28,047 bases of DNA from Bdellovibrionia bacterium (GTDB lineage Bacteria; Bdellovibrionota; UBA1018). Of the stretch, positions 7,703 through 16,351 are shown one piece after another. The DNA is taken from assembly GCA_045805065.1 (NCBI GenBank), contig JBJMMA010000086.1, positions 1 to 28,047 on the forward strand, written 5' to 3'. The notes below the pieces were generated by a model. That model ran no database searches. It was not told the origin of the DNA and saw nothing but the letters and a program-made list of their open reading frames with translations. The number at the start of each line of letters is the position of its first letter. The first letter of the stretch is position 1. Position numbers and translations under genes: made by a program.

Positions 7703-10567
7703 TTATCGGCCCTGAATCGAAAAGCGGATGACCTTGCTATTATTTAAGTCAGTGACATAGAGATTTCCGGATGGATCCAAGGCGATACTTTGCGGGCCGT
7801 TCATCGCTCCATCATCCGCTCCGGAAGCAGCCGCGCCGCCCTTGCACCATCCTGGAGTCAGAGCTCCAACGGCCGCACCAATGCACCCTGTAGCTCCCCC
7901 CGTTGGAGAGCTGCCGATTTTTCCAATCCAGCCCAGGAACGCCCCTGAGGACGCGTTGTATTTGCTGATGCGAGAGTTGTTTCGATCGGCCACATAGATA
8001 TTCAGGGATGTATCCCATGCAATTCCATACGCATTATTGAGCATCCCGTCCCCAGCACCTGAGGTAGAAGTACCTCCCGTGCACCAGCCCGGGGTAAATG
8101 TGCCAACCGCAGCACCATTGCAACCCGTAGCTCCTCCCGTCGGAGAAGTTCCGATTTTTCCGATCCAGCCCAGAAACGCTCCCGAAGACGCGCTGTATTT
8201 GCTGATGCGGTGATGATTTGTGTCCACAACATAGAGATTACCAGCAGGATCCAGCGCTACTCCGCCTGGCGAATTGAGCATCCCGTCTCCAGTGCCCGAG
8301 CCTGACTGCCCACCTTTGCACCAGCCTGGCGTGAAAGCTCCAATGCTCGCACTCGTGCAGCCTGCTGCGCCGCCCGTTGGAACGACAGCAATCTCACCGA
8401 TCCAGCCTTGAAAAATTCCCGACGCGTTGTACTTGACGATTCGGTTGTTAAAAACGTCGGCAATGTATAGATTTCCGGAGGAATCAATCGCGATCCCACC
8501 TATCCCATGAAGAACTCCATCGCCGACGTCATTCATGGTTGTTCCGCCGATGCACCAGCCGGGAGTAGGATCAAAAGCCACGGCCGTTGAGCATCCCGGA
8601 TCTCCTCCGGTAGGAGTAGCGTTGACTCCACCGATCCAGCCTTGGAATGCACCAGACGAATTGAATTTATTGATACGACTATTTGCCATGTCGCCAACAT
8701 AGAGATTTCCTGACGAGTCGAGCGCAATAAACCGGGGCGAATTGAGGGAGCCATCTGCTACAGTACTCGCTTTCGATGTACCTCCCTTGCACCAACCCGG
8801 CGTCACCGTGTTAACAGCAGCACCTGCGCATCCTGCGGCGCCTCCTGTGGGCGAGGTCGCGATTTTTCCAATCCAGCCTTGAAACACTCCTGAAGAATTA
8901 TATTTGTTGATGCGAGAATTGCCCGCGTCGACGGCATAAATATTACCCGCTGAGTCCCGTGCAACACCAGACGGTGAGGAAAGCATCCCGTCGCCTGAGC
9001 CCGAGACAGTTAGAGATGTAGATCGATGCCACGAAAAGTAAGTTGCGACTGACTGTAGCGCACCGGTGAATGATCCTGTCGAACTATATTTACCGATCCG
9101 AGAATTTCCTTGGTCGGCAACATATAGATTTCCTGATCCATCCACAGTGATGGCTCTCGGACTATTGAACATTCCGTCTCCATTGCCTGACGTAGAAGCT
9201 CCGCCTGTGCACCAGCCTGGAGTGAATGTACCGACTGCCGCGCTAGTACAACCAGTCGCTCCTCCAGTTGGGGTGGTCCCAACTTTCCCAATCCATCCTT
9301 GAAAAACTCCAGACGAATCGTACTTCATGATTCGATGCTGGTTTAAGTCCGCCACATAGAGATTGTTGGACGAGTCCACGGCAAGCCCCCAGGGCTGTTT
9401 CGGGCCGATTGTAGAAACACCTGTGTCAGGACGTCCTCCTAAACACCACCCAGGAGTTAATGAATATCTCGGCGCGGAAGTGCATCCGCTTGCTCCCCCG
9501 GTAGGAGTGCTATCAACCGCTCCGATCCAGCCTTGATAGGTTCCAGATGAGTCATACTTAGTAGTGTAATTATTAAAGGCGCTGCTTACGTAAATATTTC
9601 CCAAGGAGTCTAAAGCAATTCCACCTGGGTGATACATTCCACCATTCGTATCGGTGTAATCAGAGTTGCCACCGACGCACCAGCCCGGCGTAAACTGTCT
9701 GAACGTTGCACTCGTACAGCCTGCCGCGCCTCCTGTAGGAGGAGTGAAATAAACGATTCCTATCCAACCTTGAAAAACTCCTGACGAATTATATTTATCC
9801 ACCCGGTTATTATGGCCATCGGCCACGTAGATATTTCCAGATGTGTCAAAAGCAAGAGCCTCGGGCTGGTCCATCGATCCATCACCTATGTCACCCGACT
9901 TACTCGTGCCTCCAGTGCACCATCCTGGGGTGACGGTGCCACCTGCGGCACCTGCGCAGCCTGCCGCACCTCCTGTAGGAGACGTAGCGATTTGTCCAAT
10001 CCAGCCCAAGAACGCTCCCGACGTTACGTTGTATTTACTGATGCGATTATTGCCATTGTCAGCGACGTAGAGATATCCAGATGAGTCCAGTGCGATCCCC
10101 ATTGGAGTGGATAGCATCCCGTCGCCGCTGCCAGATGTCGAAGTCCCGCCCGTGCACCATCCAGGAGTAAATGTACCGACAGCGGCCCCCGCGCAACCTG
10201 CTGCGCCTCCAGAGGGTGAAGTCGCAATCTTTCCAATCCAGCCTTGAAATACTCCTGACGAATTATACTTACTGATCCGATGATTGGCGTCGGAGACGTA
10301 AATATTTCCAGAAGAGTCCCTCGCAATTCCATATGACGCAAAAAGCGATCCATCTCCATTACCGGATACAGGAGTGCTTAAACCCGATGTAAACCCGCTT
10401 TGAAAAGCACTATCTGCGCCGAGACGATAGGGATTGAGCCCGCCTCTCCAATGCGCTCCGAAGTTATAATAACCCGTGGCGCTTGCACTCAAACACATCA
10501 GCTGCCCTAGGCCCAGCCCCAGACAGAAGACTAGCAGTGAATTGGTTGAGGCATTAAGCTTAAGCAT
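7703..10567 (-). CDS. Secreted NHL-repeat protein (12 blades) with 10 Cys-pair inserts
   Basis: N-terminal signal peptide. 12 copies of PxGIAxDxxGNxYVAD..NxRIxKY and 10 copies of GWIG...PTGG..GC-x12-C.GG. Confidence 0.88.
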   Translation of the reverse strand: MLKLNASTNSLLVFCLGLGLGQLMCLSASATGYYNFGAHWRGGLNPYRLGADSAFQSGFTSGLSTPVSGNGDGSLFASYGIARDSSGNIYVSDANHRISKYNSSGVFQGWIGKIATSPSGGAAGCAGAAVGTFTPGWCTGGTSTSGSGDGMLSTPMGIALDSSGYLYVADNGNNRISKYNVTSGAFLGWIGQIATSPTGGAAGCAGAAGGTVTPGWCTGGTSKSGDIGDGSMDQPEALAFDTSGNIYVADGHNNRVDKYNSSGVFQGWIGIVYFTPPTGGAAGCTSATFRQFTPGWCVGGNSDYTDTNGGMYHPGGIALDSLGNIYVSSAFNNYTTKYDSSGTYQGWIGAVDSTPTGGASGCTSAPRYSLTPGWCLGGRPDTGVSTIGPKQPWGLAVDSSNNLYVADLNQHRIMKYDSSGVFQGWIGKVGTTPTGGATGCTSAAVGTFTPGWCTGGASTSGNGDGMFNSPRAITVDGSGNLYVADQGNSRIGKYSSTGSFTGALQSVATYFSWHRSTSLTVSGSGDGMLSSPSGVARDSAGNIYAVDAGNSRINKYNSSGVFQGWIGKIATSPTGGAAGCAGAAVNTVTPGWCKGGTSKASTVADGSLNSPRFIALDSSGNLYVGDMANSRINKFNSSGAFQGWIGGVNATPTGGDPGCSTAVAFDPTPGWCIGGTTMNDVGDGVLHGIGGIAIDSSGNLYIADVFNNRIVKYNASGIFQGWIGEIAVVPTGGAAGCTSASIGAFTPGWCKGGQSGSGTGDGMLNSPGGVALDPAGNLYVVDTNHHRISKYSASSGAFLGWIGKIGTSPTGGATGCNGAAVGTFTPGWCTGGTSTSGAGDGMLNNAYGIAWDTSLNIYVADRNNSRISKYNASSGAFLGWIGKIGSSPTGGATGCIGAAVGALTPGWCKGGAAASGADDGAMNGPQSIALDPSGNLYVTDLNNSKVIRFSIQGR
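7745..10335 (-). repeat. Intragenic tandem repeats of about 235-240 bp (NHL blade plus insert)
   Basis: Recurrent 'atccagcc' and 'gcacca' motifs at roughly 79-codon period. Confidence 0.85.
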
Positions 10568-10714
10568 TGTTCATCCCGGAAGCGTACGTTCAATTCGGGT
10601 AAGTCGCTGTGCCTAAACGAGAAGTAAGATCAATGTAGCAAAATGGCACTTAATTACATTCTATCGCTTTAACAAATATCCCGGAAGTGTCCTGGGCGAC
10701 ACACATCCACCTAC

Positions 10715-10744
10715 TGTTCTTTGATGTTCTTCAATGTTCTTTCA
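10715..10744. repeat. Three tandem 10-bp repeats, TGTTCTTYNA
   Basis: TGTTCTTTGA TGTTCTTCAA TGTTCTTTCA. A further TGTTCTAAAG lies at 10772. Confidence 0.7.
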
Positions 10745-10761
10745 GGTCCCTAACGGCAGGA

Positions 10762-11412
10762 TTATTCGTATTGTTCTAAAGGCCCATAAACCAGGGCCGG
10801 AGCAATGCGCGAGACAATCATTCCGATATTTGCCCACATCAATGGGCCCCAGAGCGGAAGCTCGAAATAGCGAGCATGAGGATAGTACCAGAAGCCCTTC
10901 CAAAGCCCCGAGCTCTCAATGAGAATCCCGGTCAGAGTAAAGAGAGCAACACTCAACATATCTTGTTTGCTGCGGAAAAACGCCACTGCAGAAAGCAGAA
11001 GGGTCGCGAGAAAACCAGCCAGAATCACTTCATCACGAATCACTGAAAAGCTGACCGCGAAAACCGCCGCATAAATCACTGAAGCTTTTCTCTGGCCCTG
11101 TGAAATATCTTTCAGCTGCAACGTGCGCTGAACAAAGAGGCAATAAAACCCCCACATGAAAAGCTCGTTGTAAGGCATCAGCAGAATGTCCTTCTTTGCA
11201 AACTCGAAGACGCCGTTTTTAAGCGCGCCGTAGTTTGAGATGACAAAGATGACATTTACGATAAAGAACTGGATGATTTCAGCCGGTTTCAAGGGCCAGA
11301 AGGCAGCAGTCCAGAAAGCAAGGAGCACAATCGTCTTCAAAACCGTTGAAGAGATGCTCAGTGAAATGAGAATCGTGCCTAGAAGCTGCGCTGCAGGTCG
11401 GAGCATTTTCAT
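10762..11412 (-). CDS. Multi-pass membrane protein (DUF2878-like, internally duplicated)
   Basis: About 7-8 hydrophobic helices, with two similar halves ending G.F.F....PY..L.MWG and G.W.Y.....LPLW.PLMWA. ATGA overlap with the upstream gene. Confidence 0.7.
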   Translation of the reverse strand: MKMLRPAAQLLGTILISLSISSTVLKTIVLLAFWTAAFWPLKPAEIIQFFIVNVIFVISNYGALKNGVFEFAKKDILLMPYNELFMWGFYCLFVQRTLQLKDISQGQRKASVIYAAVFAVSFSVIRDEVILAGFLATLLLSAVAFFRSKQDMLSVALFTLTGILIESSGLWKGFWYYPHARYFELPLWGPLMWANIGMIVSRIAPALVYGPLEQYE

Positions 11413-12686
11413 GACATGGCTTTTTCGACGCGACTGCCTTCAGTTCCAATGAGCTCGGAGTTGAGCGTTGAGATGAACTCCCTCCAGGCCCCTGTCGCAT
11501 TCAGGATTCTGAATCCATAGTATCCGTTGGACACCTTTCTCACGGGCTGCGCGCGAAAACTGAAAACCTCGAAGTTCCCCATGGCGATCTGTACATTGTA
11601 GACCTGATTGAGGCGCAGTCCGCGCTCAACGACGGCGCCAAAGCTATTATCGGCGACATTTTTCACGGTCATCGCAATCGGAGCCAGCCCATGCTCCTGC
11701 ATCAGGACGCGGCCTGCGCACTCGACGTCAAATCGTTTTGATCTTCTGATCTCGCGAACTGGTTCAGTTGCAGACGGCTTTGGAAGATACTTTCGATACT
11801 CGTCAGAATCATAGAGCTGATGAATGATGTGTCTTTCAAAGTCGGAGAATTGAGAAAATGTCTGGGTCTTTTGATTGAAAAAATGATCCAGCAATTCCGG
11901 CGTCATGACAGGATCTGAGATTTTAGCATACGTGCGGTTCGGAAACTCGAAAGTCGGAATTTGGAAGTTACAGAAGTAGTCGTAGAGATTAGTGGTCTCC
12001 GGACGTCCGCCATATTGATTGGCGTACCAGGCAGGCGCCGCCCGCAGATCCAGAATGCCTCCTACGGCAGGTGCGCCATTCACAAAACTATAGTGATCGA
12101 TTTTCTCTTCTTTAATACGCGAGAATCCAAGAAGTGCTTCGTAGAAATCGATCCAGGAAGGATTTACGGAAATGATGAGACAATCCGCGCCAAAGCAGCG
12201 GACACAATACTCATGCATAAACTTGAGTAACGGAAAGAGGATCTCGCCACGCATATGAGAGAATTGGCGATTGACCGCAAGGCCCGAGACCTCGACCAAT
12301 CGGGTCCCTACGCTTCGGTAAGTCGCCAAATCAAAAATTGCATCTGATGGCAGGCCAAAGGAGCCATCCCGGACAAGAGAAAGCGTGCCCACGACCTGAT
12401 CATCCCAAAGCGCGATCAGAGTACTGGTGCTCGGGAGCGCATGATATTTCGTGACGCGCATGCCGGATGGATGAGGCGACATGTATTTTTCCGCAACATA
12501 TGCGTCATGGAGAAGTTTGAACGCGGCAGCAAGTTCATCTTGCGTCTGAGCGAGCTTAAAACGCAGGCGAGGACTTGGATTCCGGTTCAGCCGAATCATG
12601 TTCCGGAAAATATTGTGCCTAAATCGAGTTGGTGTAAGTACTTTCAGGGCCCAGCGCAGCAATGCCCGGAATTTGCCGAGTTTCAT
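11409..12686 (-). CDS. FeeM-like N-acyl amino acid synthase (GNAT) fused to a C-terminal PilZ-like domain
   Basis: FKLAQTQDEL.AAFKLLHDAY, VGTLSLVRDGSFGLP, EVSGLAV, ISVNP...FYEALLGF and VNGAPAV. C-terminal RRSKRF followed by a beta-rich domain. Confidence 0.8.
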   Translation of the reverse strand: MKLGKFRALLRWALKVLTPTRFRHNIFRNMIRLNRNPSPRLRFKLAQTQDELAAAFKLLHDAYVAEKYMSPHPSGMRVTKYHALPSTSTLIALWDDQVVGTLSLVRDGSFGLPSDAIFDLATYRSVGTRLVEVSGLAVNRQFSHMRGEILFPLLKFMHEYCVRCFGADCLIISVNPSWIDFYEALLGFSRIKEEKIDHYSFVNGAPAVGGILDLRAAPAWYANQYGGRPETTNLYDYFCNFQIPTFEFPNRTYAKISDPVMTPELLDHFFNQKTQTFSQFSDFERHIIHQLYDSDEYRKYLPKPSATEPVREIRRSKRFDVECAGRVLMQEHGLAPIAMTVKNVADNSFGAVVERGLRLNQVYNVQIAMGNFEVFSFRAQPVRKVSNGYYGFRILNATGAWREFISTLNSELIGTEGSRVEKAMS

Positions 12687-12738
12687 ATTAAGTTATTCGG
12701 CGGATCGACGATTTTGTTTCAGCTTTTCCCTCTTATAT

Positions 12739-12795
12739 TGTTCTCTGACGTTTTCTGTTCTCGGATGTTCTCTGATGTTCCCCGATGTTTACTGA
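12739..12795. repeat. Array of 10-bp direct repeats, consensus TGTTCTCTGA
   Basis: TGTTCTCTGA, partial CGTTTTC, TGTTCTCGGA, TGTTCTCTGA, TGTTCCCCGA, TGTTTACTGA. An extra CGTTCGCTGA lies at 12832. Confidence 0.8.
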
Positions 12796-12883
12796 GATCC
12801 AGACTGACTGCGAAGCATGAAGAGAACGTCTCGTTCGCTGAGCGGTTGCTAGATCTGACTTTGGCGTCTATATTCTCCTTCAC

Positions 12884-13711
12884 ATGAGCGAGTCGTCGCC
12901 GTTTTATCGCAAGATCCTTGTCGATGAATTTGAGTCCCGGCAAAAGCGAAATCCAAGTTATTCGCTCCGCGCCTTTGCACGCGACCTGGGCTTGCAACCA
13001 TCTAATATTTCAGAGATTTTACGTGGACTCTCCGGGCTCTCCATACAAGCAGGCACCGAAATCGCGACACGCCTCCAGCTCTCGGACGAAGAAACTCAGT
13101 GGTTTGTCCGGTCTATCGAGGCGCATCACTCCAGAGATCTAAGAAGACGCCAAAACGCACAAGCAGAGCTTGCGGCAATCACCTCGCGAAACGGACTAAA
13201 CGAACTTGATTTAGAGCGCTTCAAGATCATCAAGGATTGGTATCATTTCGCATTGCTTGAACTGACGGATACCGTGGGTTTTTCTCCCGATCCCGCATGG
13301 ATCGCAGATCGTCTCAAAATCACGGAAAAAGAAACGAAGGAAGCCATTGATCGGCTGATCGAGTTCAATCTTCTTGAGAGAAAAAAAGATGGCTCGCTCA
13401 AGCAGACCCGAAGTACCTGGGTTTCGGGTGGAGTCCCCTCTCGAGAAATTCGCAAACACCACGCTCAGATCCTTCAAAAGGCGGAAGGCGCTTTGTCTAC
13501 TGTAGATATTGATTCTCGCGACTTCTCGGCGTTGACGATGGCGGTTCCCCAAAGCAAACTCCCCGAAGCCCGTAAGCTGATCCAGGAATTCAGAAGGCAG
13601 TTTGTTCGCCTGTTTGAAACTTCTACTGAACCCAAAGATCGGGTTTTTATCCTGGGGGTCCAGTTCTTTCCTGTTGATGATCCGTCCACTGAAGACAAGG
13701 CACAATCATGA
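12884..13711 (+). CDS. TIGR02147/DUF4423-family protein (N-terminal HTH plus wHTH-like region)
   Basis: RNPSYSLRAFARDLGL..S.ISEILRG, FKIIKDWYHFALLEL, WIADRL, IRKHHAQIL, RDFSALTMAV and LGVQFFP. Confidence 0.88.
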   Translation: MSESSPFYRKILVDEFESRQKRNPSYSLRAFARDLGLQPSNISEILRGLSGLSIQAGTEIATRLQLSDEETQWFVRSIEAHHSRDLRRRQNAQAELAAITSRNGLNELDLERFKIIKDWYHFALLELTDTVGFSPDPAWIADRLKITEKETKEAIDRLIEFNLLERKKDGSLKQTRSTWVSGGVPSREIRKHHAQILQKAEGALSTVDIDSRDFSALTMAVPQSKLPEARKLIQEFRRQFVRLFETSTEPKDRVFILGVQFFPVDDPSTEDKAQS

Positions 13712-14994
13712 ACCCGACATTCAAAACTATCCTGCTCTCTTCTTTAGTAGTCCTTCTTTCAAAGAACGCATCTGCTGTCCATGGAGTCGGAAATGGCGGA
13801 AACGTCATCGTCTGCAAAGACTCCTCCTCAGCAATCCGCTCAGTGGAGATCTTGGATTACTATGAACTGAGGCAAGCCGGAGGAAAGCTCAGGCTCAATC
13901 CGGCGCTTGGCAGCTACTCCGCCATGCTCCAGGAGCTTTTTCAAAGCTGGAAATCGGTCGCTCCAAAGAGAATGGCTCAGTACGAAAAATGGCTCTCCGA
14001 ATTTGAAAAAGACTCAGCCATTTACTCAGGCGTCCAGATCCCACCGATTGAGGACACCGGAGTCATCAACATCCCTGTGGGCTGTGGAATCACGCCTGCT
14101 GCTTTTCAAAGACCCGAGTCGCAGCTCCTGCCTGGCATCAAGCGGTACACGATCAACAAGGATCTCTGGGATCGCATGTCCGAGATTGAGAAAGCAGGAT
14201 TGGTTCTGCACGAGTTGATTTACCGCGAAGGAATCCGGGCCGGTCACCCATCGTCTTTCGCCACTCGCTACTTCAACGGCTATCTGGCTTCGGCAACACC
14301 TCAGCCTATGGAATACGCTCTGGTTGTTCAGCAATTGCCGCTGGAGTGGGTTGAGTTTGGCCAAGGCCTTGTCATCAATCTCGGAACCGCTTACGCAACT
14401 CAAGGCGACGTCGTCTTTCAACGCACATCCAAAATCACCGAGGAAGGATGGATTGCAGGAAAAGACTACGATCCTGCCAAGTATGTTTATCCTTTCAGCA
14501 ATTATCAGAAAGGAACTTACTCAGAGTTCTCTGGCGATGTGAACTCTGAGCATCTCAAGATTCGTTTCAAGTCCCTTTCGCATGAAGCAACGAACAAATC
14601 GGGCCAGATTGAGGTCAGCCACGAAAAACTCGTTCTGACTAATTTAGTCTATACTCGCGTGGCAAGCCTGATGGCGTCTCTGGATGGACTGCAGATGGAG
14701 TTTACTGCACTGCCAACCCAACTCACCGGCATTCAAATGATCAATCAAAATAAGCATCTTGAGTTTGGGATGAGAAGCTCGGACGCACACCCTGCTGCGC
14801 TCGCAGTGAATCCAGGCTCAAGCTTTTACGTCCAGGCAGATGGAAGCCGAATCGAGTCCATCACTCAAATTCTTCCAAGCCGCCGCCCAAATTTTAACGA
14901 AGCTGAGTACGCCTATTATGGCGATGGCTTTGTGACTTCGACCGGCGAAACCTGGATCTACGACTCCAAGCTCAGCAAGTACGTCAAGAAATGA
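13708..14994 (+). CDS. Secreted GNGG-motif protein with zincin-like HExxY (paralog 1)
   Basis: Signal peptide, then GVGNGGNVIVC, LDYYE, INKDLW and KAGLVLHELIYRE...SS..TRYFN. ATGA overlap with TIGR02147. Confidence 0.8.
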   Translation: MNPTFKTILLSSLVVLLSKNASAVHGVGNGGNVIVCKDSSSAIRSVEILDYYELRQAGGKLRLNPALGSYSAMLQELFQSWKSVAPKRMAQYEKWLSEFEKDSAIYSGVQIPPIEDTGVINIPVGCGITPAAFQRPESQLLPGIKRYTINKDLWDRMSEIEKAGLVLHELIYREGIRAGHPSSFATRYFNGYLASATPQPMEYALVVQQLPLEWVEFGQGLVINLGTAYATQGDVVFQRTSKITEEGWIAGKDYDPAKYVYPFSNYQKGTYSEFSGDVNSEHLKIRFKSLSHEATNKSGQIEVSHEKLVLTNLVYTRVASLMASLDGLQMEFTALPTQLTGIQMINQNKHLEFGMRSSDAHPAALAVNPGSSFYVQADGSRIESITQILPSRRPNFNEAEYAYYGDGFVTSTGETWIYDSKLSKYVKK

Positions 14995-16280
14995 GACTTG
15001 CCTGCGCTCTTGGCACTGCACTCCCTGCCGCACTTGCAGCGGTATTTTCGATAACTGGCTATGCAGCCACTGAAGTCGCAAATAGCGCTAATGTCCTTGT
15101 TTGCGAACATCCATCGCGGCCCCTGGAACTTTTAGATTACTTCGAGCTCCGCCAAGCAGGAGGAAAGCTCACGCTCAATCCTACGCTAGGTAACTACACG
15201 GCGGTGCTCAGAGGACTCTTTCAAAACTGGAAATCCGTCGCACCTAAAAGAATTGCTTTATACGAACGGTGGCTTTCCGACTTTGAGAAAGAAGCAGGGT
15301 TTTATTCTGGAATTCAGATCTCACCCAGTAAGGACATTGGAGCTATCGGTATCCCCGATGGTTGCGAGATCGTACCCGCCGCCTATCAGCATCCGGATGA
15401 GGAAATCTTTCCAAATGTAAAACGCTATGTCTTCAGCAAGGACCTTTGGGATCATTTGCCAGAAGTTGAAAAAGCAGGGCTCGTTTTGCATGAATTGATT
15501 TACCGAGAAGCGACTCAAGCTAGGCACTCATCTTCGTATCCCACGCGATATTTCAACGGCTACCTGGCCTCAGCCGCGCCCACGTCCCTGGAATATGCTC
15601 AGATCGTGCAGAAATTGGAGTTCGAATGGGTGGAATTTGGATCAGGTCTTGTCCTGGAGCTCAAAAAAGGCCAAGTCACTCCGTATCCATACCAGCCCCC
15701 GAGGTATTCAAAAATCACCGAGACAGGGTTTGTCACAGGCAATGAGTATAATCCATCCACCTATGACTTTCCTTTTAATGATTATCAGAAAGGAAAGTAT
15801 CTAGGATTTGTCGGGGACGTTTCGTCCGAGCATCTTAAGATCCAGTTCAAATCTTTCTCTCCAGGCACGACTTATATCGACTCAAAGGTGATGATCACCG
15901 GCACTGAGGTGCTGCTCTCGGATCTCAGTAAAACTCGGGTTGAAAACATCTCAGCATCCATAGATCGCGCCTCCGTCGAGCTGAGTCACCTCCCCATTCA
16001 GCTTATGAGTTATCAACTGAGTGTGAACAAGAGTCGCCTTCAGATAAAAGTCGCGACTCAGGACGTGCATCCTGATGCACTCAACGTAAATCCGGCCACA
16101 AGCTTTTACGTCCAGCCAGACGGAAGCATCATTCGCTCGATTACAAGCATCTTGAAGAACGACAATTGCCCGCCTGATTGTTATCAGCCTCAATATGCGC
16201 TCTACGGCGATGCTCTCGTGACTGAGGCCGGAGAAAAATGGGCTTACGACTCTGGCAAGGCCAGGTACATCCGGAAATAA
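14991..16280 (+). CDS. Secreted paralog 2 of 13708..14994
   Basis: Colinear over its full length (LDYFELRQAGGKL, WKSVAPKR, KAGLVLHELIYRE, TRYFNGYLASA, SFYVQ.DGS). ATGA overlap. Confidence 0.8.
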   Translation: MRLACALGTALPAALAAVFSITGYAATEVANSANVLVCEHPSRPLELLDYFELRQAGGKLTLNPTLGNYTAVLRGLFQNWKSVAPKRIALYERWLSDFEKEAGFYSGIQISPSKDIGAIGIPDGCEIVPAAYQHPDEEIFPNVKRYVFSKDLWDHLPEVEKAGLVLHELIYREATQARHSSSYPTRYFNGYLASAAPTSLEYAQIVQKLEFEWVEFGSGLVLELKKGQVTPYPYQPPRYSKITETGFVTGNEYNPSTYDFPFNDYQKGKYLGFVGDVSSEHLKIQFKSFSPGTTYIDSKVMITGTEVLLSDLSKTRVENISASIDRASVELSHLPIQLMSYQLSVNKSRLQIKVATQDVHPDALNVNPATSFYVQPDGSIIRSITSILKNDNCPPDCYQPQYALYGDALVTEAGEKWAYDSGKARYIRK

Positions 16281-16333
16281 AAATGAATGCGGCAAAGAAA
16301 GGACCATCGTCCTCACTTCGCCGCATCGATTTT
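16280..16333. terminator. Probable bidirectional intrinsic terminator between the convergent cassettes
   Basis: Interrupted hairpin ATGCGGC...AGGAC-catc-GTCCT...GCCGCAT (16287-16326), flanked by AAAAT and ATTTT. Confidence 0.6.
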
Positions 16334-16351
16334 CAGGATTTGAACTACTGA

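Noticed and set aside
12739..12795. CRISPR array
   Set aside because: The units are only 10 bp, there are no unique spacers, and no cas genes are present.
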